The notes under the pieces were generated by a model that was given only the letters and a program-made list of their open reading frames with translations, had not been told where the DNA came from and did no database searches. A stretch of 32,000 bases of DNA, from positions 120,001 through 152,000 of the forward strand of contig JAWBCC010000002.1 of assembly GCA_038823825.1 (NCBI GenBank), in the 5' to 3' direction. The position numbers and the translations under genes are program-made. The stretch comes from Candidatus Hadarchaeales archaeon (GTDB taxonomy: Archaea > Hadarchaeota > Hadarchaeia > Hadarchaeales > Hadarchaeaceae). This document shows, one piece after another, positions 1 to 7,752 of the stretch (position 1 is its first letter; each line of letters opens with the position of its first letter).

Positions 1-375
1 TACTTATTCAAGGGTGAGTACATAAGAGCATACAAGATCGAGGAGTGGATTTTGGATGTCCAAACAAATATAGAAAGTTTCTTTGGTGGTTGGGCTGACG
101 ATTCAAGTCCAGAAGAGTATTTCTCAGATATGGCGAGATTCATGGAGGAACTTTTCAGAGTTTCTCGTTCTGCAGCCAAAGTCTGTTTGGTGATCTCCGA
201 CGGTTGTTCGAAGAGGGGTGTTGTGAAAGTGATCGAAAAGGTTTCAGAAATTGCCAAGGATGTTGGCTTCTCCGTGAAGAAGGCGATACTCGTCAATGAA
301 AGATGGTGCACGACGCCATCGAGGCGGAAGCTCGGCAAAGCAGGGGAATATCTACTCATGCTGGAGAAAAAATAA
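1..375 (+). CDS. Partial CDS (5' end outside window); putative SAM-dependent (nucleic-acid) methyltransferase, C-terminal part
   Basis: Frame 1 is open from base 1 to the TAA at 373-375, so the TTG at 52 in the ORF track is internal. The tail (AKVCLVISDG...GEYLLMLEKK) resembles the C-terminal half of class I methyltransferases. The family assignment is weak. Confidence 0.5.
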   Translation, partial: YLFKGEYIRAYKIEEWILDVQTNIESFFGGWADDSSPEEYFSDMARFMEELFRVSRSAAKVCLVISDGCSKRGVVKVIEKVSEIAKDVGFSVKKAILVNERWCTTPSRRKLGKAGEYLLMLEKK

Positions 376-411
376 AGAAAGGTTGTGGGATAATCTTTTT
401 CTGGCATCGGT

Positions 412-1200
412 ATGTCCAACTTCGTGTACATTCTTGGTCCGGCCGGCTGTGGAAAATCTACCCTAACAGCCGTGTTATACGAGACTATGAGAGCCGCAGG
501 TCTGGAAGTTTTGTCCGTTAACTTAGACCCTGGAGCCGAGTGGCTTCCATATACGCCCGAGATAGACATAAGAAAGGATATCTCACTTCGCGAGGTAATG
601 AGGGAGTTCAGGCTCGGACCGAATGGTGCTCTCGTAGTCTCTGTAGATCTCATCGTCGACCATATTCCAAAAATTAGAGAGATTATCTCAAAATGGAACC
701 CCGACTACGTGTTGGTGGACACTCCGGGACAAATGGAGCTATTCGCGTTCAGGGATACCGGTCCAATGGTCGTGCGTGCCTTTACCGAGAAAGGTACTCC
801 TCTAATTCTCTTTCTAATCGATGCATTTCTGGCCCGCAGCCCGAGCTCTTTCATATCGATGTTAATGCTTTCGACATCGGTTCTAAGCCGTTTCAGGGTA
901 GCACAGCTGAACGTTCTGACAAAGGCAGATTTGCTCGACGAAAAAACCGTGGAGGAGATATCAGACTGGGTGAACAGAAAAGATGCTCTTTTAGAAAAGC
1001 TCGAAAGTGAGGAAAATCCACTGAACAGAGAGAACACAAAAATGATATTGGAGGCTGTAGAGAAGATGGGCCTAGCAGGAGAGCTGCTTCCGATTTCCGC
1101 AACTGAGAATAAAGGAATTGTTGAACTCGTGAGCTTGATCGAGAGAAGTTTTGCGGCAGAAACACGTCTGGACGTTCAAGAGGAGGTGGAAAAGTTTTGA
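412..1200 (+). CDS. GPN-loop GTPase (PAB0955/Npa3-Gpn family)
   Basis: P-loop GPAGCGKST, diagnostic GPN motif (LGPNGA), G3 DTPGQ and G4 TKAD. The 262 aa length is typical of archaeal GPN GTPases. Confidence 0.9.
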   Translation: MSNFVYILGPAGCGKSTLTAVLYETMRAAGLEVLSVNLDPGAEWLPYTPEIDIRKDISLREVMREFRLGPNGALVVSVDLIVDHIPKIREIISKWNPDYVLVDTPGQMELFAFRDTGPMVVRAFTEKGTPLILFLIDAFLARSPSSFISMLMLSTSVLSRFRVAQLNVLTKADLLDEKTVEEISDWVNRKDALLEKLESEENPLNRENTKMILEAVEKMGLAGELLPISATENKGIVELVSLIERSFAAETRLDVQEEVEKF

Positions 1201-2324
1201 CTCGGCTTGAAAAGTTTGTCGGTGGCATGATCGGCGCCGCAGTCGGCGACGCGACCGGCAGACCTTTTGAAGGCTCTGCATCGGTCACAAAAGAAGAGAT
1301 AGAAAAAATGATCTCATCCTCTTCGGTTTTGACAGTCACAGATGACACGCTGATGTCGCTAGATGTTGCAAGATCGATCGTGGAAAAAGGTAAAGTGGAC
1401 CCAGATGATCTCATCGAAAAATTCGTTCTGAGTTATGACCCAGCCCGTGGTTACGGTATCACCACAACATTGGTTTTGGAAAAAGTGAAGAATGGGGCAG
1501 ATTGGAGAGAAGTAACCAGAAAAGTGGCTGAAGGAGGTTCTTGGGGAAACGGAGCAGCCATGCGTGTCTTGCCAGTTGGACTTTTCTTTTGCGATGATAT
1601 GACTGCCCTTTTCGAGGCAGCCGAGCAGTCGAGCATTGTCACACACTTTCATCCGCTCGCAGTTGAGGGTGCAAAGCTTCAGGCAAAAGCCGTTGCTCTT
1701 GCCGCCACCACGGATTTTTCGGAGTTCGACAGATTTGATTTCCTGAACTCTCTCGTCGAAGGTCTAAACTCTGAAGCCTACGTGGAGAAGCTAAAAAAGA
1801 TTGAGGAGTTCTTAAAGCATGGAGCCTCTAAGAAAGAAGTAGTGTCTCAGTTAGGGAACGGAAGCGAGGCTCTGAACTCCGTCCCAACTGCGATTTATAC
1901 GTTTTTGGCAAACGCCGGAGATTTCAGGGCAACGATTTTGCAAGCGGTCTCGCTCGGTGGCGATGCCGACACCATTGCAAGCATGAGTGGTGGAATAGCA
2001 GGAACTCTTCTAGGTATACACAAAATACCGGAGGAGTGGACGAAAAAACTTGAGATGCGAGAGGAGATCGAAAAGGTTGCAAAAGATCTCTTCTTCTCTC
2101 ACGTGCGAAAGGTTCTTGGAGAGAGGTGTGAAATCTGTTTAAGCGAAGAAGCCGTCGAGGTCTGCAAACTCGATGAGGAAGCCGGCAACGATGTCTCTAA
2201 CTTCATTCTTCTCTGTCGCACTTGCCGCAGGGAAATGGAAAGAGAAAAGGAGGAGTTCTTCGCAAAACCCAGAAAGTACGGGAAGTATCGTGCAATTTAC
2301 AGGAAGGCGCATAAGAGAAAATGA
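1197..2324 (+). CDS. ADP-ribosylglycohydrolase (ARH/DraG) family protein with C-terminal CxxC...CxxC zinc ribbon and basic tail
   Basis: N-terminal GAAVGDATGRPFEG and C-terminal LGGDADTIASMSGGIAG are the two metal-binding ARH signature blocks. The tail is CEIC-x27-CRTC followed by KPRKYGKYRAIYRKAHKRK. The TTG start overlaps the GPN stop (TTGA); an alternative ATG lies at 1224. Confidence 0.85.
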   Translation: MTRLEKFVGGMIGAAVGDATGRPFEGSASVTKEEIEKMISSSSVLTVTDDTLMSLDVARSIVEKGKVDPDDLIEKFVLSYDPARGYGITTTLVLEKVKNGADWREVTRKVAEGGSWGNGAAMRVLPVGLFFCDDMTALFEAAEQSSIVTHFHPLAVEGAKLQAKAVALAATTDFSEFDRFDFLNSLVEGLNSEAYVEKLKKIEEFLKHGASKKEVVSQLGNGSEALNSVPTAIYTFLANAGDFRATILQAVSLGGDADTIASMSGGIAGTLLGIHKIPEEWTKKLEMREEIEKVAKDLFFSHVRKVLGERCEICLSEEAVEVCKLDEEAGNDVSNFILLCRTCRREMEREKEEFFAKPRKYGKYRAIYRKAHKRK

Positions 2325-2344
2325 ACAACTAAAATCGATGAGAT

Positions 2345-3163
2345 ATGCGCATGGGGAAAGATTGCCCAAGATGTCTCAGATGGCTTGCCAAGCTAACAGT
2401 AGATTTAGCCTCTCATGACCCCAATCTGAAAAAGGAAATGATGAGAATGGCTGAGGAAATAATTTCGAGCTATCCACCCTCATCGGTTCCGTCTGATGTT
2501 TCCAACGAATTTCTCAAGATGATTTATAGAGTATCCAGAAACCCGGATCCGTTCAGAGAAAGAAAGATTGAGGAAATGAAAAGAGCGAAAGAGATAGTCG
2601 CTAAATTCGGTGAGTTGCGTGACTTGAAAAAACTCGTTGAGGTGGCGGCGATCGGAAACTCGCTTGACTTCTTTTTGCCTGTTTCCTCCTTGGAAAGAGC
2701 GGTAATAGAAAAAATCGAATTCGCGCTGGACGATAGGGATGAACTTGAGCGCAGGTTAGAAAAAGCAAATAAGGTTCTTTACATCGCCGACAATGCAGGG
2801 GAAGTTTTCTTTGATATACCATTTTTGAAATTCTTGTCGGAAAGGGCGCATGTTTACTACGCTGTTAAGGAAAAACCGATTCAAAACGATTTGTCCATGA
2901 TTGATTTAAAGGGAGTGGAAATACCAGCTGAGGTTATACCCTCTTCTCCAACTGTTGGAGTTTACCTTTCGCTGGCGAAAGATTCCTTTAAGCAGGCTTT
3001 CAACTCTGCCGATATAATCATCTCCAAAGGAATGGGAAATTATGAAACGCTCTCGGAACTCGATCTCGGCAACAGATGTTTTTACATTCTTAGAGCCAAA
3101 TGTCGTCCAGTTGCGGAATCGCTCGGGGTGGAGAAAGGAAGCTATGTAGCCGCATTCGTATAA
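2345..3163 (+). CDS. DUF89 / ARMT1-like damage-control phosphatase family protein
   Basis: Motifs DNAGEVFFD and KGMGNYETL with an N-terminal CxxC are typical of archaeal subfamily I DUF89. Length is 272 aa. Confidence 0.85.
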   Translation: MRMGKDCPRCLRWLAKLTVDLASHDPNLKKEMMRMAEEIISSYPPSSVPSDVSNEFLKMIYRVSRNPDPFRERKIEEMKRAKEIVAKFGELRDLKKLVEVAAIGNSLDFFLPVSSLERAVIEKIEFALDDRDELERRLEKANKVLYIADNAGEVFFDIPFLKFLSERAHVYYAVKEKPIQNDLSMIDLKGVEIPAEVIPSSPTVGVYLSLAKDSFKQAFNSADIIISKGMGNYETLSELDLGNRCFYILRAKCRPVAESLGVEKGSYVAAFV

Positions 3164-3164
3164 G

Positions 3165-3192
3165 TCTATAAATTTAGGATTCACCTAAATTT
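3165..3192 (+). promoter_or_regulatory. Candidate promoter plus operator of the DtxR-ZIP operon: TATA-like TATAAATT overlapping a 9-bp perfect inverted repeat AAATTTAGG-N5-CCTAAATTT (3170-3192)
   Basis: The inverted repeat was read directly from the sequence. The TATA-like box lies ~30 nt upstream of the ATG at 3202. The half sites contain the TTAGG/CCTAA core also present in DtxR/IdeR-type operators. Confidence 0.45.
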
Positions 3193-3642
3193 TTGGAGAT
3201 TATGGGAGTTATACAGCTAACGGAGAATGAAGTAAAATACCTGAAGGAGATATACAGGCGACGTTGCGAGGACTTTCAGAGTGTTCGTACTTCCCAGCTG
3301 GCGAAATCTCTTGGGGTCAATCCGGCTACGGTGACGGAAGTCATCCAGAGCCTTTCAAGAAAAAACCTCCTTAAATACAGGCGTTATCGCGAAGTAAAGC
3401 TCACGATGGCCGGCATACGGGAGGCCAGGAAGCTTCTTAGAAAGCATAGACTACTAGAAATTCTCTTTGTCGGGCAGTTGGGGTGTGATGTCCGGACGGC
3501 TTGTAAAGAAGCATCCAAGTTGGATTATAGGGTCTCGATGGAAATCATTAATGCGATCTGCAGGCTTAACAATCATCCAACGGTTTGTCCATGTGGGAAG
3601 GAGATTTTTGAGGATTCGCGGTGTAGGAGGATCTCAAAATGA
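3193..3642 (+). CDS. DtxR/MntR-family metal-dependent transcriptional repressor
   Basis: An N-terminal wHTH (SQLAKSLGVNPATVTEVIQSLSRKNLL) is followed by the dimerisation/metal helix RKHRLLEILF. The C-terminus is Cys-rich (CRLNNHPTVCPCG...SRC). The track start is TTG 3193; ATG 3202 is an equally plausible start. Confidence 0.85.
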   Translation: MEIMGVIQLTENEVKYLKEIYRRRCEDFQSVRTSQLAKSLGVNPATVTEVIQSLSRKNLLKYRRYREVKLTMAGIREARKLLRKHRLLEILFVGQLGCDVRTACKEASKLDYRVSMEIINAICRLNNHPTVCPCGKEIFEDSRCRRISK

Positions 3643-4385
3643 TCAAAATTTTATGGATTTTGTTGATGACATTCATAATAAGCCTGATATCTTTCGTTGG
3701 CGCAATTACTTTGATTTTATCTGAAAAGTTGTTGAAGAGGCTTCTTCTTGTGCTAGTTGGGTTTGCCGCCGGAGCACTTATCGGTGGAGCATTTTTTCAC
3801 CTGCTCCCGGAAGCGATAGAAGCTGAAACTTTGGGTTCGGAAACAGTATTTTCATTTCTAGTCTTTGGCTTTGTTTTGTTTTTGATTCTAGAAAAATTGC
3901 TCTGGCGACATTGCCACGACAGAGCTTGTCCAATTCATACTTTCGCTTACCTCAATCTGCTTGGAGACGGTGTTCATAACTTCATTGACGGTTTAATCAT
4001 TGCCGGTAGTTTTGCTGTCAGCATCCCGCTCGGTCTGACTTCCTCTTTTGCCGTAGCAGCTCATGAAATTCCTCAAGAGATGGGGGATTTTGGTGTGATA
4101 GTTTACGGCGGGATCAAACCACGTCGAGCTCTTTTTCTCAATTTTTTGTCGGCGCTCACAGCTGTAGCCGGAGGTTTAGCTGGATACTTCTTTCTTCCAT
4201 ACCTTGGTGATGCCAAAGTTTTGCTTCTTTCCTTTGCCGCTGGAGGTTTTCTCTATATAGCTGCATCTGATTTGGTTCCCGAACTGCACAAAGAAACAGA
4301 CAAATTCAACACCATCGTTTCCTTCTCATTATTTTTGCTTGGTCTTCTCCTTATGGGGATTCTCAGGTTCGTTTTTCATCATTGA
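3639..4385 (+). CDS. ZIP-family divalent metal (Zn/Fe/Mn) transporter, ZupT-like
   Basis: Signature motifs HNFIDGLIIA and HEIPQEMGDF, with multiple TM helices. An ATGA overlap with the repressor stop indicates an operon. Confidence 0.9.
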   Translation: MIKILWILLMTFIISLISFVGAITLILSEKLLKRLLLVLVGFAAGALIGGAFFHLLPEAIEAETLGSETVFSFLVFGFVLFLILEKLLWRHCHDRACPIHTFAYLNLLGDGVHNFIDGLIIAGSFAVSIPLGLTSSFAVAAHEIPQEMGDFGVIVYGGIKPRRALFLNFLSALTAVAGGLAGYFFLPYLGDAKVLLLSFAAGGFLYIAASDLVPELHKETDKFNTIVSFSLFLLGLLLMGILRFVFHH

Positions 4386-4422
4386 AAAGCATTTTTAAGG
4401 GTTTCAGGATGAGTTTTACCAT

Positions 4423-4728
4423 ATGCACATAGAAAAAACGTGTGAAGGAGATATACACAGGTACGAGTGCTGGAATTCTTCTTCAGTAATAGCCGTAGCT
4501 ATCGTTCGTGAGGACGAAAGCGTCCACATATTAGAGATAAACGTCAATAGGGAGTGGCGTGGACATGGAATCGGTTCCTGGCTCCTAAAGGTGATAAAAG
4601 ATGATTTCAATGGTAAGAGGATAACTGTAGAGGTTTTTAGGGAAAGAGAAAGTTGGTATGAAAAGAACGGATTCAGACGCGTTGGCGAGAAGGGCCATCT
4701 GATCGTCATGGAGTTTGCCGGATTCTAG
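4423..4728 (+). CDS. Small GNAT-family N-acetyltransferase (mini-GNAT, 101 aa)
   Basis: Acetyl-CoA binding motif REWRGHGIGSWLL (R/Q-x-x-G-x-G/A) and C-terminal YEKNGFRRV. It is shorter than typical GNATs. Confidence 0.7.
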   Translation: MHIEKTCEGDIHRYECWNSSSVIAVAIVREDESVHILEINVNREWRGHGIGSWLLKVIKDDFNGKRITVEVFRERESWYEKNGFRRVGEKGHLIVMEFAGF

Positions 4729-4738
4729 CAGATGCTTT

Positions 4739-5167
4739 TTAACATGTCTCGTTTGATTTAATGAATCTAATCTTATTCTCTTTGATCCTGCGAATTAAAT
4801 CGAGAACTCTACTTTTTATTTCGTCACGGATTTTCCTAGCCTCTCGTAAAGGCATTCTTGCTGGATCTGGTAGATTCCATTTCTCAACATGCTTTGCGAA
4901 AACTACTGGACATGTATATCCGCTGCAGACGATTATCGCAACATCAACACCGCGCTGAATGTCAATCGTGAGTAGCCTTGGTTTTTTTCCACTAATGTCT
5001 ATTTCCTCCTCAAGCATGAGTTTGAGCGCATTGGGATGAATTTCATCTGCAGGTTCTAAACCCGCACTTATCGCCCTCCACCCTTTCGGTGCATATTTAT
5101 TGAAATATGCCTCAGCAATTTGGCTTCTGAATCTGTTTTCAGTACATATGAAGAGAACTACTCTCAA
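4739..5167 (-). CDS. arsC: Low-molecular-weight phosphotyrosine phosphatase family protein / thioredoxin-type arsenate reductase (ArsC-like)
   Basis: N-terminal CX5R(S) loop VLFICTENRFRSQIAEAYF plus a downstream Cys pair (VCSGYTCP), as in Bacillus/Staphylococcus-type ArsC. TTG start. Confidence 0.75.
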   Translation of the reverse strand: MRVVLFICTENRFRSQIAEAYFNKYAPKGWRAISAGLEPADEIHPNALKLMLEEEIDISGKKPRLLTIDIQRGVDVAIIVCSGYTCPVVFAKHVEKWNLPDPARMPLREARKIRDEIKSRVLDLIRRIKENKIRFIKSNETC

Positions 5168-5263
5168 TCTCCACCAATCCTCCTTTTTCAGATTTCTTCA
5201 TAAACATGTGTCTATAACTAGACGAAAGTCAAAATAATGGTTGTGGGGAGCCGAGAAAAACTC

Positions 5264-5340
5264 GGGCCCGTAGTCTAGCCTGGATAGGACGCAGGCCTGC
5301 GGAGCCTGTGACCGGGGTTCGAATCCCCGCGGGCCCGCCA
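5264..5340 (+). tRNA. tRNA-Arg (anticodon GCG), CCA encoded
   Basis: Cloverleaf folded by hand: acceptor GGGCCCG/CGGGCCC, D arm GTCT/GGAC, anticodon stem CAGGC/GCCTG with loop CTGCGGA, T arm CGGGG-TTCGAAT-CCCCG, discriminator G, then CCA. Confidence 0.95.
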
Positions 5341-5348
5341 GAAAAATT

Positions 5349-6407
5349 TTATTTGCTCTTTTCCTCAAGATAAACAACTCTAGTCGGATACGGAATGACA
5401 ATTCCCTCTTTTTTGTAACGTTTGTAGAGTTCCTTCATGAACTCATGCGTTAGTGGGAACTGTTGCTTGAATTCTTTAACCCTCAAAACCACGTTGAAAT
5501 TTATTCCCGATTCTCCAAAAGAAGTGTATCTCAGCAACGGTTTGAAACCTGACAACTTGATCCCGAGTTTTTTCATAACATCCTCGGCTACCTCCAAGGT
5601 CACTCTCTCGACTTTTTCGAGATCACTTCCGTAGCTAACGGTGACAGGAATCACAAAATTCATTTCCGTTTGGGGCTCTGAGTAATTTTTAATGATGGAC
5701 GAGACAAGCTTCGAGTTGGGTATTATTATGACGTTGTCCGGAAGCTCTTTTATCTTGGTTGACCTCCATCCAATGTCGACCACATATCCTCTCTGTCCAG
5801 TCTCAAGCTCGATGAAATCCCCGATTTTTATAGGATGTTCGGAGATGATGTACATTCCAGCAAAAAACTGAGAGAGAGTTTCTTGAAGGGCGAAGGCGAC
5901 TGCTATCCCAGCTATTCCCAGTCCGGCGACGAGCGCGGTCACATTTACTCCAAGTATGTGGAGAACGAGTATGAACGCGATAACATAGACGAAAATGTTC
6001 ACTAGTTTTGAGAAAATAGGTATTGCTCCTTTCAGGGAAGGTTTCTGACTAGCGTAATGAGAAAGAAGTCTTCCTATCGCTTTCGTCACAATGGATGCCG
6101 AAATAACGACTATGAGGACCAAGATAAGAAGAGAGATGTAATTTCTGATGTTTTCAGAAAACAGCGCCTCGCGCCATAGAATAAAATGGAGCCCAACTAG
6201 CGAGAAAACGGTCAAAATCGCCAGCCTAATTTTTTTGATGATTATTTCTTCTACTTCCCGTCTACTTTTTCTCCAGATCAGTCGCAGGGCTGCTCCAAGC
6301 AGAAACGTGAAAATGTAGCCCGCAGCTAGGAAAGTAGCGAATATGACGATAAGCCTTATCCACCCTCCAATATAACCGAGCCACTCCACTATTTTCTCGA
6401 GCATCAT
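5349..6407 (-). CDS. Mechanosensitive ion channel, MscS family
   Basis: N-terminal TM helices are followed by the MscS pore helix and beta domain (GIAVAFALQETLSQFFAGMYII...IKIGDFIE...GYVVDIGWRST). Length is 352 aa. Confidence 0.85.
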   Translation of the reverse strand: MMLEKIVEWLGYIGGWIRLIVIFATFLAAGYIFTFLLGAALRLIWRKSRREVEEIIIKKIRLAILTVFSLVGLHFILWREALFSENIRNYISLLILVLIVVISASIVTKAIGRLLSHYASQKPSLKGAIPIFSKLVNIFVYVIAFILVLHILGVNVTALVAGLGIAGIAVAFALQETLSQFFAGMYIISEHPIKIGDFIELETGQRGYVVDIGWRSTKIKELPDNVIIIPNSKLVSSIIKNYSEPQTEMNFVIPVTVSYGSDLEKVERVTLEVAEDVMKKLGIKLSGFKPLLRYTSFGESGINFNVVLRVKEFKQQFPLTHEFMKELYKRYKKEGIVIPYPTRVVYLEEKSK

Positions 6408-6495
6408 GCAAATTTTACATCATTGGTTCTCATAAAAAATATGCTGCAGAAACCTTTAAACAGGCGTAGAATAATTTGCAGATTTCGGGAGCAAA

Positions 6496-7752
6496 GTGAA
6501 CCAAGAAAACAGATGGATATATCCTCTGATGGGTTTCATGATAAATCTCCTGCTCGGGACGATATACAGCTGGAGCGTGTTTCGGATTCCACTTGAGGAA
6601 GAGTTAGGGTGGAGCTCCTTTCAGTCATCACTCCCATTTGCGGTTTTCTTGACAAGCTTCGCAATTTTCACACCGATCAGCTGGAAGCTTATAAGAAGGT
6701 TTGGATATACAAAAACTTCCTTAGTTGGTTCGCTTGTCTGCGGAATCGGCTGGCTATTCGGAGCATTTGCGAAATCAAATCCGAACATTCTGATTATTTC
6801 ATCCCTTGTCGCTGGAGCAGGAACGGGAAGCATATATCTTATTCCGATCGCAATCGTAAAACGAAAATTTGCCTCTTATGGAGGTCTGGCGATAGGGATA
6901 GTCGCTATGGGATTTGGATTTTCTCCAGTTCTTATGGCTCCTCTCTCTAGACTGATGATTGTTAAGTTTGGGGTTTTCAGAACTTTCTTCTGGTTAGGGT
7001 CCATGTTTATAGTTTGTTTACCCTTTTTCTTTCTCAACATTACTTCTGGGGAGAACATTGAGCCAGTTCCGAGTGTGTCTTCTAAAAAAGTTTTGAAATC
7101 AGGAAAGTTTTGGATGCTTTGGACATCGCTCGCGCTCGGTACAATCGGTGGGCTTTTGGCAGTGTCTCTGTCCGCAAAGTATGGGCAGGAAGTGATATTT
7201 CTAGATCCTTCCTCCGCCAGCTTTATGACCTCTCTTTTCGCGATTTTCAACGGGCTCGGCGGACCAATCGCTGGATTTATCTGTGACAGATCTGGTGTGA
7301 GATCCGGCGCGATTCTATTTTTCACGATATCTGCTTTTTCTTCAATCTTAGCTTCGCAGGCGACAAATCTTTTTCTGTATGCAATTTCCTTCTCCGCTCT
7401 CTGGTTCGTTTTTGGTGGATGGTTTTCAATATTTCCGTTAGCAACCTCGGAATTTCTCTCCGGAAATTTTGACGAACTTTATAGTTTGGTTTTTACGGGC
7501 TATGGGGTTGGTGCGATTCTCTCCAGCCTGCTGGATTATATGGGAGTAGTTTGGAGCTTTTCTTGGGTCTTCTTCCTGATTTTTGTTCTTTCTCTGGCAG
7601 CAGCAGTGCTTTTTTACAAAATTAGTGGGAAAACATCAAATATGCCGGTGTATGATGTAAATCTGGAGCCCCGTGGTGTAGCGGTCAAGCATGCAGGCCT
7701 TTGGAGCCTGCGACGCCGGTTCGAATCCGGCCGGGGCTACCATGAGGGATGA
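6496..7752 (+). CDS. MFS transporter (oxalate/formate antiporter-like OFA family)
   Basis: About 12 predicted TM helices and an N-terminal LLGTIYSWSVF motif typical of OFA-type MFS proteins. GTG start. The last 29 codons are read through the tRNA-Gln gene (see findings). Confidence 0.85.
   Translation: MNQENRWIYPLMGFMINLLLGTIYSWSVFRIPLEEELGWSSFQSSLPFAVFLTSFAIFTPISWKLIRRFGYTKTSLVGSLVCGIGWLFGAFAKSNPNILIISSLVAGAGTGSIYLIPIAIVKRKFASYGGLAIGIVAMGFGFSPVLMAPLSRLMIVKFGVFRTFFWLGSMFIVCLPFFFLNITSGENIEPVPSVSSKKVLKSGKFWMLWTSLALGTIGGLLAVSLSAKYGQEVIFLDPSSASFMTSLFAIFNGLGGPIAGFICDRSGVRSGAILFFTISAFSSILASQATNLFLYAISFSALWFVFGGWFSIFPLATSEFLSGNFDELYSLVFTGYGVGAILSSLLDYMGVVWSFSWVFFLIFVLSLAAAVLFYKISGKTSNMPVYDVNLEPRGVAVKHAGLWSLRRRFESGRGYHEG
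7667..7742 (+). tRNA. tRNA-Gln (anticodon UUG), CCA encoded
   Basis: Acceptor AGCCCCG/CGGGGCT (A1:U72, typical of archaeal tRNA-Gln), anticodon stem CAGGC/GCCTG with loop CTTTGGA, T arm GCCGG-TTCGAAT-CCGGC, discriminator A, then CCA. Confidence 0.95.

Noticed and set aside
3663-3723. Possible C/D-box sRNA: UUGAUGA at 3663-3669, CUGA at 3684-3687 and CUGA at 3720-3723. Other isolated AUGAUGA matches occur, for example at 2439-2446 and 18548-18555.
   Set aside because: The spacing is wrong (14-nt guide, no C' box, D box directly after the would-be C' position). All hits lie inside well-supported CDSs, and chance occurrence of 6-7-mers is expected in 32 kb.
5198-5401. Track ORFs laid over tRNA genes: 5198-5401, 7685-7903, 7691-7873 and 31204-31404.
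   Set aside because: They are translations of tRNA sequence and flanks (for example GFEPRS from the T-arm) and are not credible proteins.
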